Source: Bigelowiella natans CCMP2755 (Eukaryota > Protista > Cercozoa). Taken from it: a DNA stretch of 64,000 nucleotides. Position 1 is the stretch's first letter, and each line of letters begins with the position of its first letter. Shown here piece by piece: positions 1 through 11,085 of this stretch. Under the pieces are notes generated by a model. The model searched no databases. It saw nothing but the letters and a program-made list of their open reading frames with translations, and was not told the origin of the DNA. Where the stretch lies: the NCBI GenBank assembly GCA_000320545.1, contig ADNK01001115.1, positions 1-64,000 on the forward strand. Reading direction: 5' to 3'. The position numbers were made by a program, and so were the translations under genes.

Positions 1-41
1 GGAGAGAGAGAGAGAGAATACAGACATACGTAACAAAGCAG

Positions 42-147
42 GTAGTGCGGAAGATTGGTGGCATCGGCAAGGCGACAGAGCGTCTGCTCGCAGGAATCAA
101 CATCACGACCGTTCGGGTATTGATGCTGGGATCCAAAAAATTGATTA

Positions 148-188
<41 letters not shown>

Positions 189-830
189 TGTGTGTGTGTG
201 TGTGTGTGTGTTCTCATGTATATAAGAATAAAGCTGATATATGGCACTATCGCTAAGTCGCGCATGCGTTCTTAGTTTCTCCGTCTCAACCCTTCCTCAA
301 AACGCAGGATTTGTGGGAAAGGAGATACACGCTGCGAGCGCTATGCGAGGCTCTTTCATGGTGGTGGTCGTCGTCGCCCAGTCGTCACTTAGAGTGCTGC
401 TTCCCGCCGCCTATGCGAGCCGTCACGCGCGCACAGCACCCTACTTGTTGCGCTTGCTGCCCGATGAATGCGTGTGATGTGCCGATTCTCACTGACGTTC
501 CTGCCTTAATATGAAGAAGAAGATGAAGAAGAAGAAGAAGAAGAAAGAAGAAAGAAGATGAAGAAGAATTTTATCCGATTATTATGACCCTGCTGCGAAT
601 ATTGTTCCCCATCGTACTGCAATTTGAAGACGAGTTTCCTTGTTCCAGGTATGAGCGTTTCGAGTTCTTCCTCTCCGTGAGCATGGGTTATGGCTGCACT
701 CCGCACACCGGCCGGAGAAAAAAACGCCGAACAAACTTCTTATTTTTGTTTCAACGACAGCAGAAATCAGTATCATCACTGATCCGTTGCAAACACAAAA
801 TACATCTCCCCAAAATGCAGGCTTGCATAG

Positions 831-872
<42 letters not shown>

Positions 873-2449
873 ACATACACATACACACACACTGGAGGCA
901 TGTTTATGAATGACGAGGAGATACCATTTGTACAGATCACTGCAATCGAATCCGGCAACTCCTCCTTCCTCACACAAGTCGTCCTTTCCTCCGCCACATA
1001 ACAACAGGTATGGACTACGTCTCTTCCTCTGGAATGGGTCCGTGTCGTGGAATGCCACCTTCTGCAGACGTCAAACATAGAAATCTCACCAAGGCCGCAC
1101 GCCCTGTTATCGCTCTTCCTCCAAGGAGAGCCATCGGTAGGAACATAGTAATTCTAGTAATAGTACAACAATAATGATAATGGAAGTAAGAGAAGAAGGT
1201 GTATCCCTCTCTCTGCAGCCACATATTTTCTCTTGCTTTTTTTCTATTTCCACGTTTACTAGTATGCGAAGATAGAGCACTCTATCTACACAGAGAAGCG
1301 TGATCAATGAACAGAGATGCAATGTGATCGTCGTCGTCGTCGTCGTTTAACAGGTTGCGAGCGGACGTTTCGGCCGACCTCGAACCTGAAGATTCTGAGA
1401 CATAAGTAAGGGTGGAATTTGTGCGTACAATATTTGTGATATGTAGAATCACGCGCACACGCGCACATGCACCTACGTCAACATGCAGAACAGACGGAAT
1501 TACACAAATCTAAACACCTCTACGACCCCGTCTACAACTACGAATCCACAAAATAACAAGTATCATCCGCCTGCTGGCAGACTAAACATCATCTGCCACT
1601 CCCTCGCCGAGGACATCGAGGAAGAACGACGCAAAGCAGAGAGCAGCGGGGGCTCGGATGCGAAAGTGAGGCCAGGGCGGTGTATCACTCTAAAGATCAA
1701 GTTCGCTTCGTTTGATGTGGTAATCAACTCAAGCTTGCACAGCATGGCCGGACAGGAACAGAATTCGAGCGTCGAGGCCTTTATCTTGCCAGATTGTTTC
1801 TGGAAATTCTGAACATGAAGCCACCCGCCCCCCGCCCCCCGCCCCCCCCCCCACTTCGCCCCATCGCCCCATGATGAGAGAGGAATAGAGCATTATTGTC
1901 TAAATCTTGGAAGGGGCTCATGGAGAACTTGGATGATTCAGGTGACTCGAAGCCATCGCCAGCCGAGATATTTGCATAAATGGGACGAGTTGTATGCTGC
2001 GGCGCTTGCCTTACTCCACGAGGAATGGAACAGACGAAAAGGTCGTGCCTCCCATATCTAGGGCTCTTTTTTTGTTTCTTCCACATAAGTCTCATGCCCT
2101 GATCCATGGTTGTTAAGGTTTTCGAGCTAGGCTTCTCGGGGTGCGGGTGAGCCAATTCACACCAGCAGGACATCTCAAGCTAGGTGGGATGATACAGCAG
2201 CCCACATCTGCAGGGGACGCATTGCCGTGCAATGCTACTGTCGGTGATGCAGACGAGTCAGCGGCAACAACCAGAACTGATGGCAGAAATGTTGCATTAT
2301 CGAAGGAAATTAATCCAGACGGTGGAATTCATTATGAAGAGGATGCTGGCTCGGATAACATCAATGCGGACTCCGACATGGAGCAATTGGTACGCTGTGA
2401 AGATTTCGAGCCCCGATTTGGGTTTGAAGCTATGTTTTCCGGTCCTTGA
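42..2449 (+). CDS. POLK: DNA polymerase kappa (Y-family, DinB-like), 3' part; 5' end lies upstream of the window; multi-exon
   Basis: Spliced peptides VRKIGGIGKATERLL (HhH/thumb), DLWERR...FEFFLSVSMG, RRAIGCERTF, GRCITLKIKFASFDV and RLLGVRVSQF match DinB/Pol kappa thumb and little-finger motifs; GT-AG boundaries; stop at 2449. Confidence 0.85.
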
Positions 2450-3256
2450 AGTGCAGACTATAATCACTGTATCTTAAAAGAAGAAAAATTCAGCGAAGCA
2501 GGTATAGATATACGTGGTATGAAACGAAGCGTAGCTGCTCAGTGTAGCACATCACGTACACGTTGCAAATGTTTACGTGCATGCGAGCTAGTATTGAGTG
2601 CAAGCCGCTGTTTAACAAACTAGCGGCTACATTGATCTTGCACACATGACTGCCAGCGCGACATTCTAGCATTGGTACAATCCAATGCGAAGGCAGCTGT
2701 ACTTGTGCGCATGCATGTATACATGTAATATAAACTAGATCTAGAGACAGATTGCATGCATGATGTGCAAGAAGCTGACAAGCTGACGACATGCAAGCAG
2801 GGCATGCTTATTATAGACATGGTGGATGCAGTGTGCATGCATATTGTATGGTCGACGCGCGCATATTGGTCGCGTTACATGCTAGCATGCATGCTACTGG
2901 CTAGCTAGCTGGTGCCGCAGCCTAAATGAACAAAAGCTAACCAGGGATTAGCTATAGCATGCTAGCATGCTAGCATACGTGCAGCTTGCTTGCCGCCATC
3001 ATTAGATCATATTGTTAAATTGTGTGCACTAGTGCATTATGTACCGCTGAGCACAACGAGTAATATCATGAATCGCACCAGCATGCGAATGATGAGCACT
3101 CAGCCTATGAGCAGCCGTACGACGCCGCTATATGTGCGACTCTGGACAAACTCATCTATGCCACATTATTAACAGCATTTATTGTTATAAGCAGGACGAA
3201 TTCCTCTCTTTATGAAATGTACAGTGCAATCATTCTTCATCACATCGGTGCGCGCC

Positions 3257-5072
3257 TCACTTTTTATCCTTCTTTGTTTTTTTCTTTTTTCCATCCTTTC
3301 CCTTTTGCCCCTTTTCCTTTTTCTTCTTGTCCTTCTTTATCTTCTTCTTTTTGCCGTCCTCATCACCGTCATCACGCTTCCTTTTCTTTTTCTTCTTGGA
3401 TTTTTCTTTGCTTTCGTCCTCATCTCCGCTTTTGTCTTTGGCCTCCGACTCAAGCTCCTTTGCTACCTCTGCCATCACGTCGATGTTCTTACGGGGGGTC
3501 TTTCCAGTGCGGTAAAATTCAAGTCTCTCTTCTACTTGATCCCGAAGCTTCAAACCGTATTTGTCAGTGAGATCCTCAGAGAAACAGTCAACTCGAGAAG
3601 CGATCGAACACTTGTTGGCGAGGTATCGCGATATGCGTCCTTTGTTCTTCGGTTGAGCTCGGCCAATAAATGTCGAGTGGTAAATCAGCCCATATTTAGG
3701 AGTGTTACCTTTCGTCTTCATGGCTCGGAAAAGAGCTTTTTCAGCTCCCAAGATTTGCACCGTCGATGCTGGATACTTCGCCAGGTTTGTAAGGCTTCCT
3801 GCTTTCGAAATCAAGCGAGCACCCACCTGCTCTCCAATGAGAGCGGAGAGGTTTGGGGCACAGTCGCTCATTTTTTTGATGAGGTAGTTATGAAGTTCTT
3901 TTCTGTATTCAGAGAGTGTGATCACTTTGTCTGCAAACCTTGAGATATTTAGCATATCAATCTCGGATAATTCATGACCCATACTCTTACGTGCAGCCTC
4001 TAAGACTTCTTTCGCTTTTCCAGCGTCCATTAGTATTTCCTCCATTTGAGGTAGCATTTCTTCATCAAGATTCTCCTTGTGCTGGATCAGATTGGCTAAG
4101 CGCGCGAAGATGTAGTTATCCCCTGCAATCTTGACCAATTCGGGGAAGTGCCAGCCATACCATTCGCGAACTCTCATTGCAAACGTGTTTAAATCTTTGT
4201 CAAGTTGATCGAGTAGTGCGATACTCTGTATTATCATCATATCGACCCTGTGGACGTTGAATTTCACTTTACACCTCGAATAAGAGTGACTCAGGGCAAG
4301 TTGTGTCTGATGAACATCCTCTGGGCCCAGCTTATCAATGAAGTTGTGGAAGAAAAGTCTGATTCCTCGCAGAAGCTCCTCGGCCTTCTCATTGGAGATT
4401 ACCTGGTTCATAAAAATATCAGTGTTTAGTGCCTACACTTCAGTTAAAATATTTAAAGTTATCCAATTGCAGACTAGATAAGTTGTTGCCAACCCATTTT
4501 TCTGACCTTGATATCAAGAACTTCTTTGATCATGTTTCCAAGCTTCTTGTCCACCACCATTAGTTTAGGTCCCTTATTCTTTTTCTTTTTATCGTCTTTA
4601 GATTTCTTTTTCTTTCCCTGAAGTAAACAATGTCGAGTTTCAATTTGTTTGATTAAAATCAAAATCTTTTGAATGAGTACCGTTTTGAGATTCTGCTCAA
4701 GAAATTCTTTCAGGAGTGGGGTCATCTCTCCCTCAGTGATAGCGTTGATATTCTCAAGGGCATTCTCGGCGGAAGTGAAGGGCATGAAAGCCTTGAGCTT
4801 AACGATTTTGCTAAATCTGTTGAGTTCTAAAACGCTCTTGCGAACCTCATCTGAGCAATGTAGAAACAACAAATGTAATTTACAAAAGATACACCAGGTA
4901 AAATGGCGTGAAACGTGGAGAAGAACTTCATAATCTATCTGTTTATGAAACTCCCTGAGCTTTAATATTTGTTGTCAGCGTTATAACCTAGAGAGGATCC
5001 GATGTCCTCGGACTGAATCATCTCAAAGAGCCCATAGCCCGAAGCGGACTCAAACAAAATGAAGGTCGCCAT
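3257..5072 (-). CDS. NOP56: Nucleolar protein 56 (box C/D snoRNP core); 4 exons: 5072-4988, 4850-4681, 4617-4507, 4402-3257
   Basis: [12 protein letters not shown]-terminus, [65 protein letters not shown] and Lys-rich tail; all introns GT-AG and in phase. Confidence 0.96.
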
Positions 5073-5820
5073 TGCAGGCGGCACTTGTATTGGTTGTTCG
5101 ATCGATTCTAATCCCCGTTCCGGCAATTGCGAAACATGCGACATAGGAAGATTATGTAAATTTAGAACTTTTGGTTTTGTCGCATTGATCTTATTAGTTG
5201 TATTTCGCCGCATCATTATATAAAATGGTAGCAGGACAATTTGAATAATCTTAAAGGGGGATTTCTGTCTCCTGGAGTTCGACGGAGAGAAATCTACAGA
5301 GATTTGTCCTCCGTTTGCACTGCGGCCTCCCGATAAATTGACTGAAATGACGGGGATTTAGGAAATTATCTCCGAGCCGAGAAGGATGGGCATCATTCAT
5401 TCATTCTCACACTTCTTCCTCCTTCTTTTTCTTCTTTGTCTTCTTCATTCCTTGTCGCAACTTTGGGTGCATGCGGAGTCCATTCAGCCGGACATACTTT
5501 ACTACGAGGGATCTCCTAGGATATTCTCGGAGCGGCGGAGCGGAGATGGAAAAACTTGAGTGGGCTGTTTACGATAGAAAAAGCTCATTATACCCAAGTA
5601 TTTCTGTTAAAAACGCATCTATTTGCTGATGATTTGAGCAAGTTACAGACTTGCCAACTCTCCAGTTTCAGAAACGGACGCGTAAGGCACAGGCGCATGT
5701 GGGCAGATTTGCTGAAATTTCCCTCCTAGGAGCCATACGCAAGATACACGTACCTGTGGGATTGTGAACCGCGGAGAACACAAATCTGGGGAACTCCGAC
5801 TCAAAGATTGAACAGCGGCC

Positions 5821-7116
5821 ATGTTAGGATCTCATGATGTTGACGGCAAGGCCGCTGGTAAGAATACAACATATGTGCGCCTTGAGAATTTTGAGAAAGC
5901 GAAGGGCTTGGAGGGGTCAGAAGATGCCAAGGCCGCTGGATTACACATTTCTCGCTCTGAGATTCGTCGCTTAGTGGAGGAGGAGGTTAGCAGACGTCTC
6001 GGTTGCTTTGGCGGGCATGTCAAAAACAAAAGCAGGAAGCACCAAAGTCGTTTTGGAGGCCAAGATTTTAAAAAAAGAGTTCCATTGCGTCTTGACAACA
6101 AGTGGGAGGCGGGGTTGTTCATCGGGATGCTGTTGTTCCTCCTGACAATCCTAGTGGTTGTTGCAGTTATTCTCGCTGGGAAATTAGATCAGCGGTCAAT
6201 CTCGGCCTACACTCGTAATATTGAACCCGGAGACAAACTTGAGACTTACAAGATATTCCTCGGACAAGCTGCGGATTCAAAGACCTGCCCTCCGCCCCTA
6301 GTGTACTTAGGGAACGACACGGTTATTAATTACACGTTCTCTGCATCCATAAATGCCGCGTATAAGCAGCCAGTGCGTATGTGGGAGCTTGATCCCTTTA
6401 GTGCTGTAGGCGGATTTCCAAAGCGACGAAATGACACCTTCAGTGCTGATCCTACAATTCCTATTTTCTTCCAAATATTCGTGAGAACAAATCATGACGG
6501 AAAGAAGCCCTTATCCATAGACGACAGATACGTTCTACCTTACAAATTGAAAAATTACACGTCTTTCAGATGCAACTCGTTCTACTACTTCTTTGGCAAT
6601 AGCATTGAAGATTGGAAAACGTCAAAAGTCGGTCAAATATATTTGAATGGCAAAGGCATGATGGTGACTGAACCCACAATAGTGTACACACCAGACGGGA
6701 AACGAGAATTCAGCTCGAGCATAGTCGAGTTTATGAGATTTGCTGGGCCTGAATACAAACTCATTTGCGATATGTACCTAAATGCCACCGGGCAAAGAGG
6801 CTCCACCAATACAAACCAGTGTAAATTCGAAGCTTTGGCACAGCACTGGGGAGATCCGAATATGTTTCTCACTGAAAGCGTCAACGCCATCTTATTATAC
6901 TATAGAGATCAGCCGACAACAATCCGAGGATACAAGTACATACAAATATACTCCCCTACGCAGTATCTTCAGAACATACTCGCTATGGTCAACGGGATCT
7001 TCTTTCTCATGAACTTTGTCTTCACAAATGCTGTTAGTGTTCCATGGCATTTCAAGTTTGGGGAAAGAGCAGCGCAAGTGAAGCGATTCATAGAACATCT
7101 TGGGAAGAGTGCCTAG
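5821..7116 (+). CDS. Intronless 431-aa membrane protein of unknown function with two predicted TM helices flanking a large Cys-containing loop
   Basis: Long ATG-TAG ORF; hydrophobic segments LFIGMLLFLLTILVVVAVILA and ILAMVNGIFFLMNFVF. Confidence 0.75.
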   Translation: MLGSHDVDGKAAGKNTTYVRLENFEKAKGLEGSEDAKAAGLHISRSEIRRLVEEEVSRRLGCFGGHVKNKSRKHQSRFGGQDFKKRVPLRLDNKWEAGLFIGMLLFLLTILVVVAVILAGKLDQRSISAYTRNIEPGDKLETYKIFLGQAADSKTCPPPLVYLGNDTVINYTFSASINAAYKQPVRMWELDPFSAVGGFPKRRNDTFSADPTIPIFFQIFVRTNHDGKKPLSIDDRYVLPYKLKNYTSFRCNSFYYFFGNSIEDWKTSKVGQIYLNGKGMMVTEPTIVYTPDGKREFSSSIVEFMRFAGPEYKLICDMYLNATGQRGSTNTNQCKFEALAQHWGDPNMFLTESVNAILLYYRDQPTTIRGYKYIQIYSPTQYLQNILAMVNGIFFLMNFVFTNAVSVPWHFKFGERAAQVKRFIEHLGKSA

Positions 7117-7255
7117 GTACTTCGGCTGGAACTGGATACATCATCAGCCAATTAATGAACGTTGTCTTAGATCGGCAGCCAGCTGTCTCTTCCAAACGCC
7201 CAGGATCATGCAGAGTAATATAGAGGTCGTCGGCCGTGCTATGCTATGTGGTGTG

Positions 7256-7343
7256 TGAGGCGGATGCAATGAATCGAAGTAATTAAATGTTTTCGATATG
7301 GTCATCCTGATCTAGCTATGCAAAACCGCGGCTACAGCGCTTA
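7256..7343 (+). repeat. Dispersed ~90-bp two-hairpin element, copy 1
   Basis: tgaggcggatgcaatgaa...ttaaat...atggtcatcctgatctagctatgcaa...gcggctacagcgctta aligns with the copies at 16925, 39463 and 54799. Confidence 0.85.
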
Positions 7344-7549
7344 TGTACAATCCAAATAGTTTTAAGCAAATGAGGTAAACATCGTACAAAAAAATGCTGT
7401 TGCTTTACGATACGACCTACATGTCGCGGCGGCTTGTGCTATGTCGCCGATCGATGCGATATGCGTGCATTGTGTACGTCGCATCGTCGCATTCCATGGG
7501 AATCCCCAAAGCGGCTAACATTACACACGACGCAACACAGCACTATGCG

Positions 7550-7581
7550 ATTTAATTGATCGATTAACTACATCCGTTTTA
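7550..7581 (-). repeat. Inverted 5' half-copy of the dispersed element
   Basis: Reverse complement taaaacggatgtagttaatcgatcaattaaat matches taagacggatgtaattaatcaattaaat at 54751. Confidence 0.65.
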
Positions 7582-7864
7582 CGTTCTCGCGTCATGTAGT
7601 TCATCACGTGCATCGCCACAACAAATAGTTGCGTGGCTTGGACACGCATCATGCACTAGCTACTACTACCAGCTGCCATGCACAACTCGCTTGCATTGTT
7701 GGTCTGTGATGATGTGCATGCGTCCACGGGCTGCGGTCTGCTACTGGGCATGCTATGCAATGCGCGCACGGCGAGTGCCGCCGTTGCGTGTCCATGACGC
7801 ACAATGCAGCTGTCAAATGTTGCATCAATGAGAGTGAAAAGTCAACTACATATGTTCAGACAAA

Positions 7865-10167
7865 CTACATGTCATACGGCAAGTGATTTAGATTTTTCTT
7901 GCAGAAGTTAACGCACTCCCTTGCGATGTATTGCTTCTTTTCTTCCGGGAGCAGCGCGACTAGCTTGCTGAGAGATTTGGGATCCTTTGCATTACCCTCA
8001 TAGAGTTGCTGCAAGATGAACATATCAAAAATTAGAATCAGTTAATGGCAACGTAAGCACTCCATATCTGTCGAACCTGGAGAAGTTCTAAATCCTTCGG
8101 GTTTTTGGAACCGTTTGCTGCAATGTCTTGAATCCAATCGAACACGAACGCGTTGATTTTTTGACGTGCGCTCTGAAATCTATCATGGAAGAGCGCCATC
8201 GACCACGTCTTTTGCAGGAATTCCATCACATCCGTTTTCTGAGGTGAGAGGAAGATTAGAATGGATGAGTCTGCCAACACATGATGCTGCGTACTCTACT
8301 GCTACTTCTAGCACGGTGTTCTAACGAAAATCGTCTGGTAGTGCTCAGTGATGTGTGTGTAAATAAACCTTATCCTTCGCAATTTCAAAAATACCGTTGA
8401 GGTATGTGAAGGGAAGCCCCAAAATACCCTGGAGTTTATGGGACGAGACGCTCTCCTGGCCAATGTACCTGGAAGAAAAGAGTGAGTCGTCAAAACGGAG
8501 AGGGAGGGAGGGGAGATGCAGAAAGGAAGAGAAGGAACATTTTTTGAACGAATGTGTGAGCACACGAAACTCTTTCTTCCCTCTTCCTAAAAATCTGAAA
8601 TCCGAACAAGGACAAACGTTCTCGAGATGTCGTCCATTTTTTTAGATTTTTTTGTTTGGTATTTACGTGATGCTCTGCAGGATTCCATTGTTGAAGACCA
8701 TATTATAGCATTGTGAACGCCTTGATATAGTAGAAACATCAGAGAGTAGTTAGTCGAAATCATGGAAAGAACGGACACCATCTTCCGTGACCCACTTGTT
8801 TTGCTATGCATACAAAGCAGAGGCTCTAGGCTCTAAATCGGTATGCTGCTACCATTATTACTACTACTACTACTACTACTACTACTACCACTCTATCTAC
8901 TGCCGACACTACTACTTATTATACTACTAATACCCCTCGCGCTCGATGATGTGAGTGTCTTTGTTCTTTTTGCTGGAGGAGTACGACGGTATGTGTGAAT
9001 GGAAAAAATTAAGTCCCCCCGGATAAGTGGCGACCGTGGCCACGGGAGCGTTGAAACCACGCAGCCGCGCCCCCTGCAAAACATGAGAGAAACGAGGTAT
9101 TAGTTCTTGAATCTGACGAGTCCCATCACCGACGAGAAGATAGAATAAATGCCTTGGTTTTGTGAGCATCATCATCCTCCTCCTCTTGCTCCGTTACTAT
9201 GGAGTCGATGAGTCGCTCAGCGACGCGGAACCCGACCTATGTGCCATGGAGAAGAATGTGGCCGTGAAAAACAGTGTTAGATCAAGCTGGCTTGCTGGAG
9301 GACCGAAGACGAAGGAGCATCTAGCTTCTTAGAGTGTACAGGTGAGAGGCGACATGAAGTGGCAAAGAGCCCTTTACACGCAACGCACACACGCACATAT
9401 GTACAATCAATACACGCACACACACCTCGACGGGATTGTAACATTCCATTGGCAGCATCTTGCCCTCCTTCCGCGAAAACTTTGCCATGGTACCAGCAGA
9501 GAGGATAAACGGATCTAACAGCGTGCACGTTGTTGTATCATAATCATCACTACTGATAACGAGACATATCGTCGCGTCTCATGATTTCCCACTCGCTGGC
9601 ATCGTCTTTAAAGTCGAGGTTATTCTTACCGTGAGTTTTGAAGTCCTTATCAACGACCAAGCGGCCATCGTACACTAGCGAATTATCTGCGATGACGCGG
9701 TACATCGTCTCGCTGACATTTGGGCGCGCGCAGCAAGCCAGAACGCCACATGGGAACAAGCTTAAACCTGAAGTCGTACACACACACACACACAAACACA
9801 TATTATATATATATATATATATATTATAATATCTTTCTCCCAAGCTCCACGCATATTCCCCCCCCCACCTTGGACGGAATCCTGCCCTTCTGTGAGTTGC
9901 TTGATGAAGTGTGGGTACTTCCCACGTCGACCAGCACCCGGTTTGAAGTGTATCCCCGAGAGATCACGCTCTTCGTGCCGCACGGTGTAGATCCTGCCCT
10001 TTCCCAGACTGATGACGCCCATTTTTCGCAGCGACATGAGGACCATGCGCTCTACCTTCTGCGACCCCGCGTGCCAGGCAAACAGCCTATCTATGTCGGA
10101 GGCGACGACGCTGCTGCTGGACTCCTCCTCCAGCCAGAAGATGCGCGATGCGTCAACACCTGTTCAG

Positions 10168-10200
<33 letters not shown>

Positions 10201-10505
10201 AGAAGAGTGACGCATTTGTCGCCGTTTGTCGTTGTGGAAGGGAGGGCGGACTAGGGAAGGAGGGGGGCTACCTTGATCGAGAAGGCCTCTTATCATCGTG
10301 AGTGCGTTTGGGGTCGAGCCGTACACGAGTACGTTTTTGGAACCAGGCCTCTGCCGAACATCTAGTTTCGCTTCTTTGCCTTGAATCATCTCACAGCACT
10401 CCTGGGCATTCTGGGGATTCTTAATGGAGAACACACCCGATATTTGGCTGGCAGGAGGCTCGACAATCTTGATATCCTCCTCCTGACACAAGTGACAAAG
10501 CAATT

Positions 10506-10552
<47 letters not shown>

Positions 10553-11035
10553 TTTTGGCGTCATTGTGTCCGTGTTAATTGGTGCCATTCTCTCTACTGC
10601 AAAGAACAGAATTGAATGGATTTGTTGACAATGAAGCATTGTAATTGGACCCACGTGGTGTGTGCGTGTGTGTGATTGCTCGATCTAGTATTATTTATCG
10701 TGTGTGATTGGTAGATGAAATATAATAATTTCATCTGTTTCCTTCAATTTAGGTAGTAGTTCGATTACTTCTTCTTCGTCCTCATCCTTCTCTTCCTCCT
10801 CCTCGTCATCGTCACCCTCCCCGGCCTCCTTCTTTGCTAGCTCTTCTGCCTTACGCTTGGCGTCCTCCGCCTTTCTCTTCAGCTCGTTGAGATAGAACTG
10901 CGACACAACCGACAACGGCTGCTCGCTATGATCTTCCAGAGCTGCAGAGAGCACCAGATGGTCGTATGGCACCTACACATATAATAATGTACACCGCGCG
11001 CACACACACATCATGGCATATTCACAATATTCTCC

Positions 11036-11085
<50 letters not shown>

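Noticed and set aside
225-430. Apparent non-canonical donors (CTAAGT or GC) in Pol kappa
   Set aside because: A fully GT-AG path through an exon at about 308-360 (DLWERRYTLRALCEALSW) keeps the frame and fits the family better
3212-3943. 243-aa hydrophobic ORF on the + strand
   Set aside because: It is the antisense shadow of the Lys-rich NOP56 tail; the same applies to the + ORFs opposite SMC4, CFAP61 and the ligase
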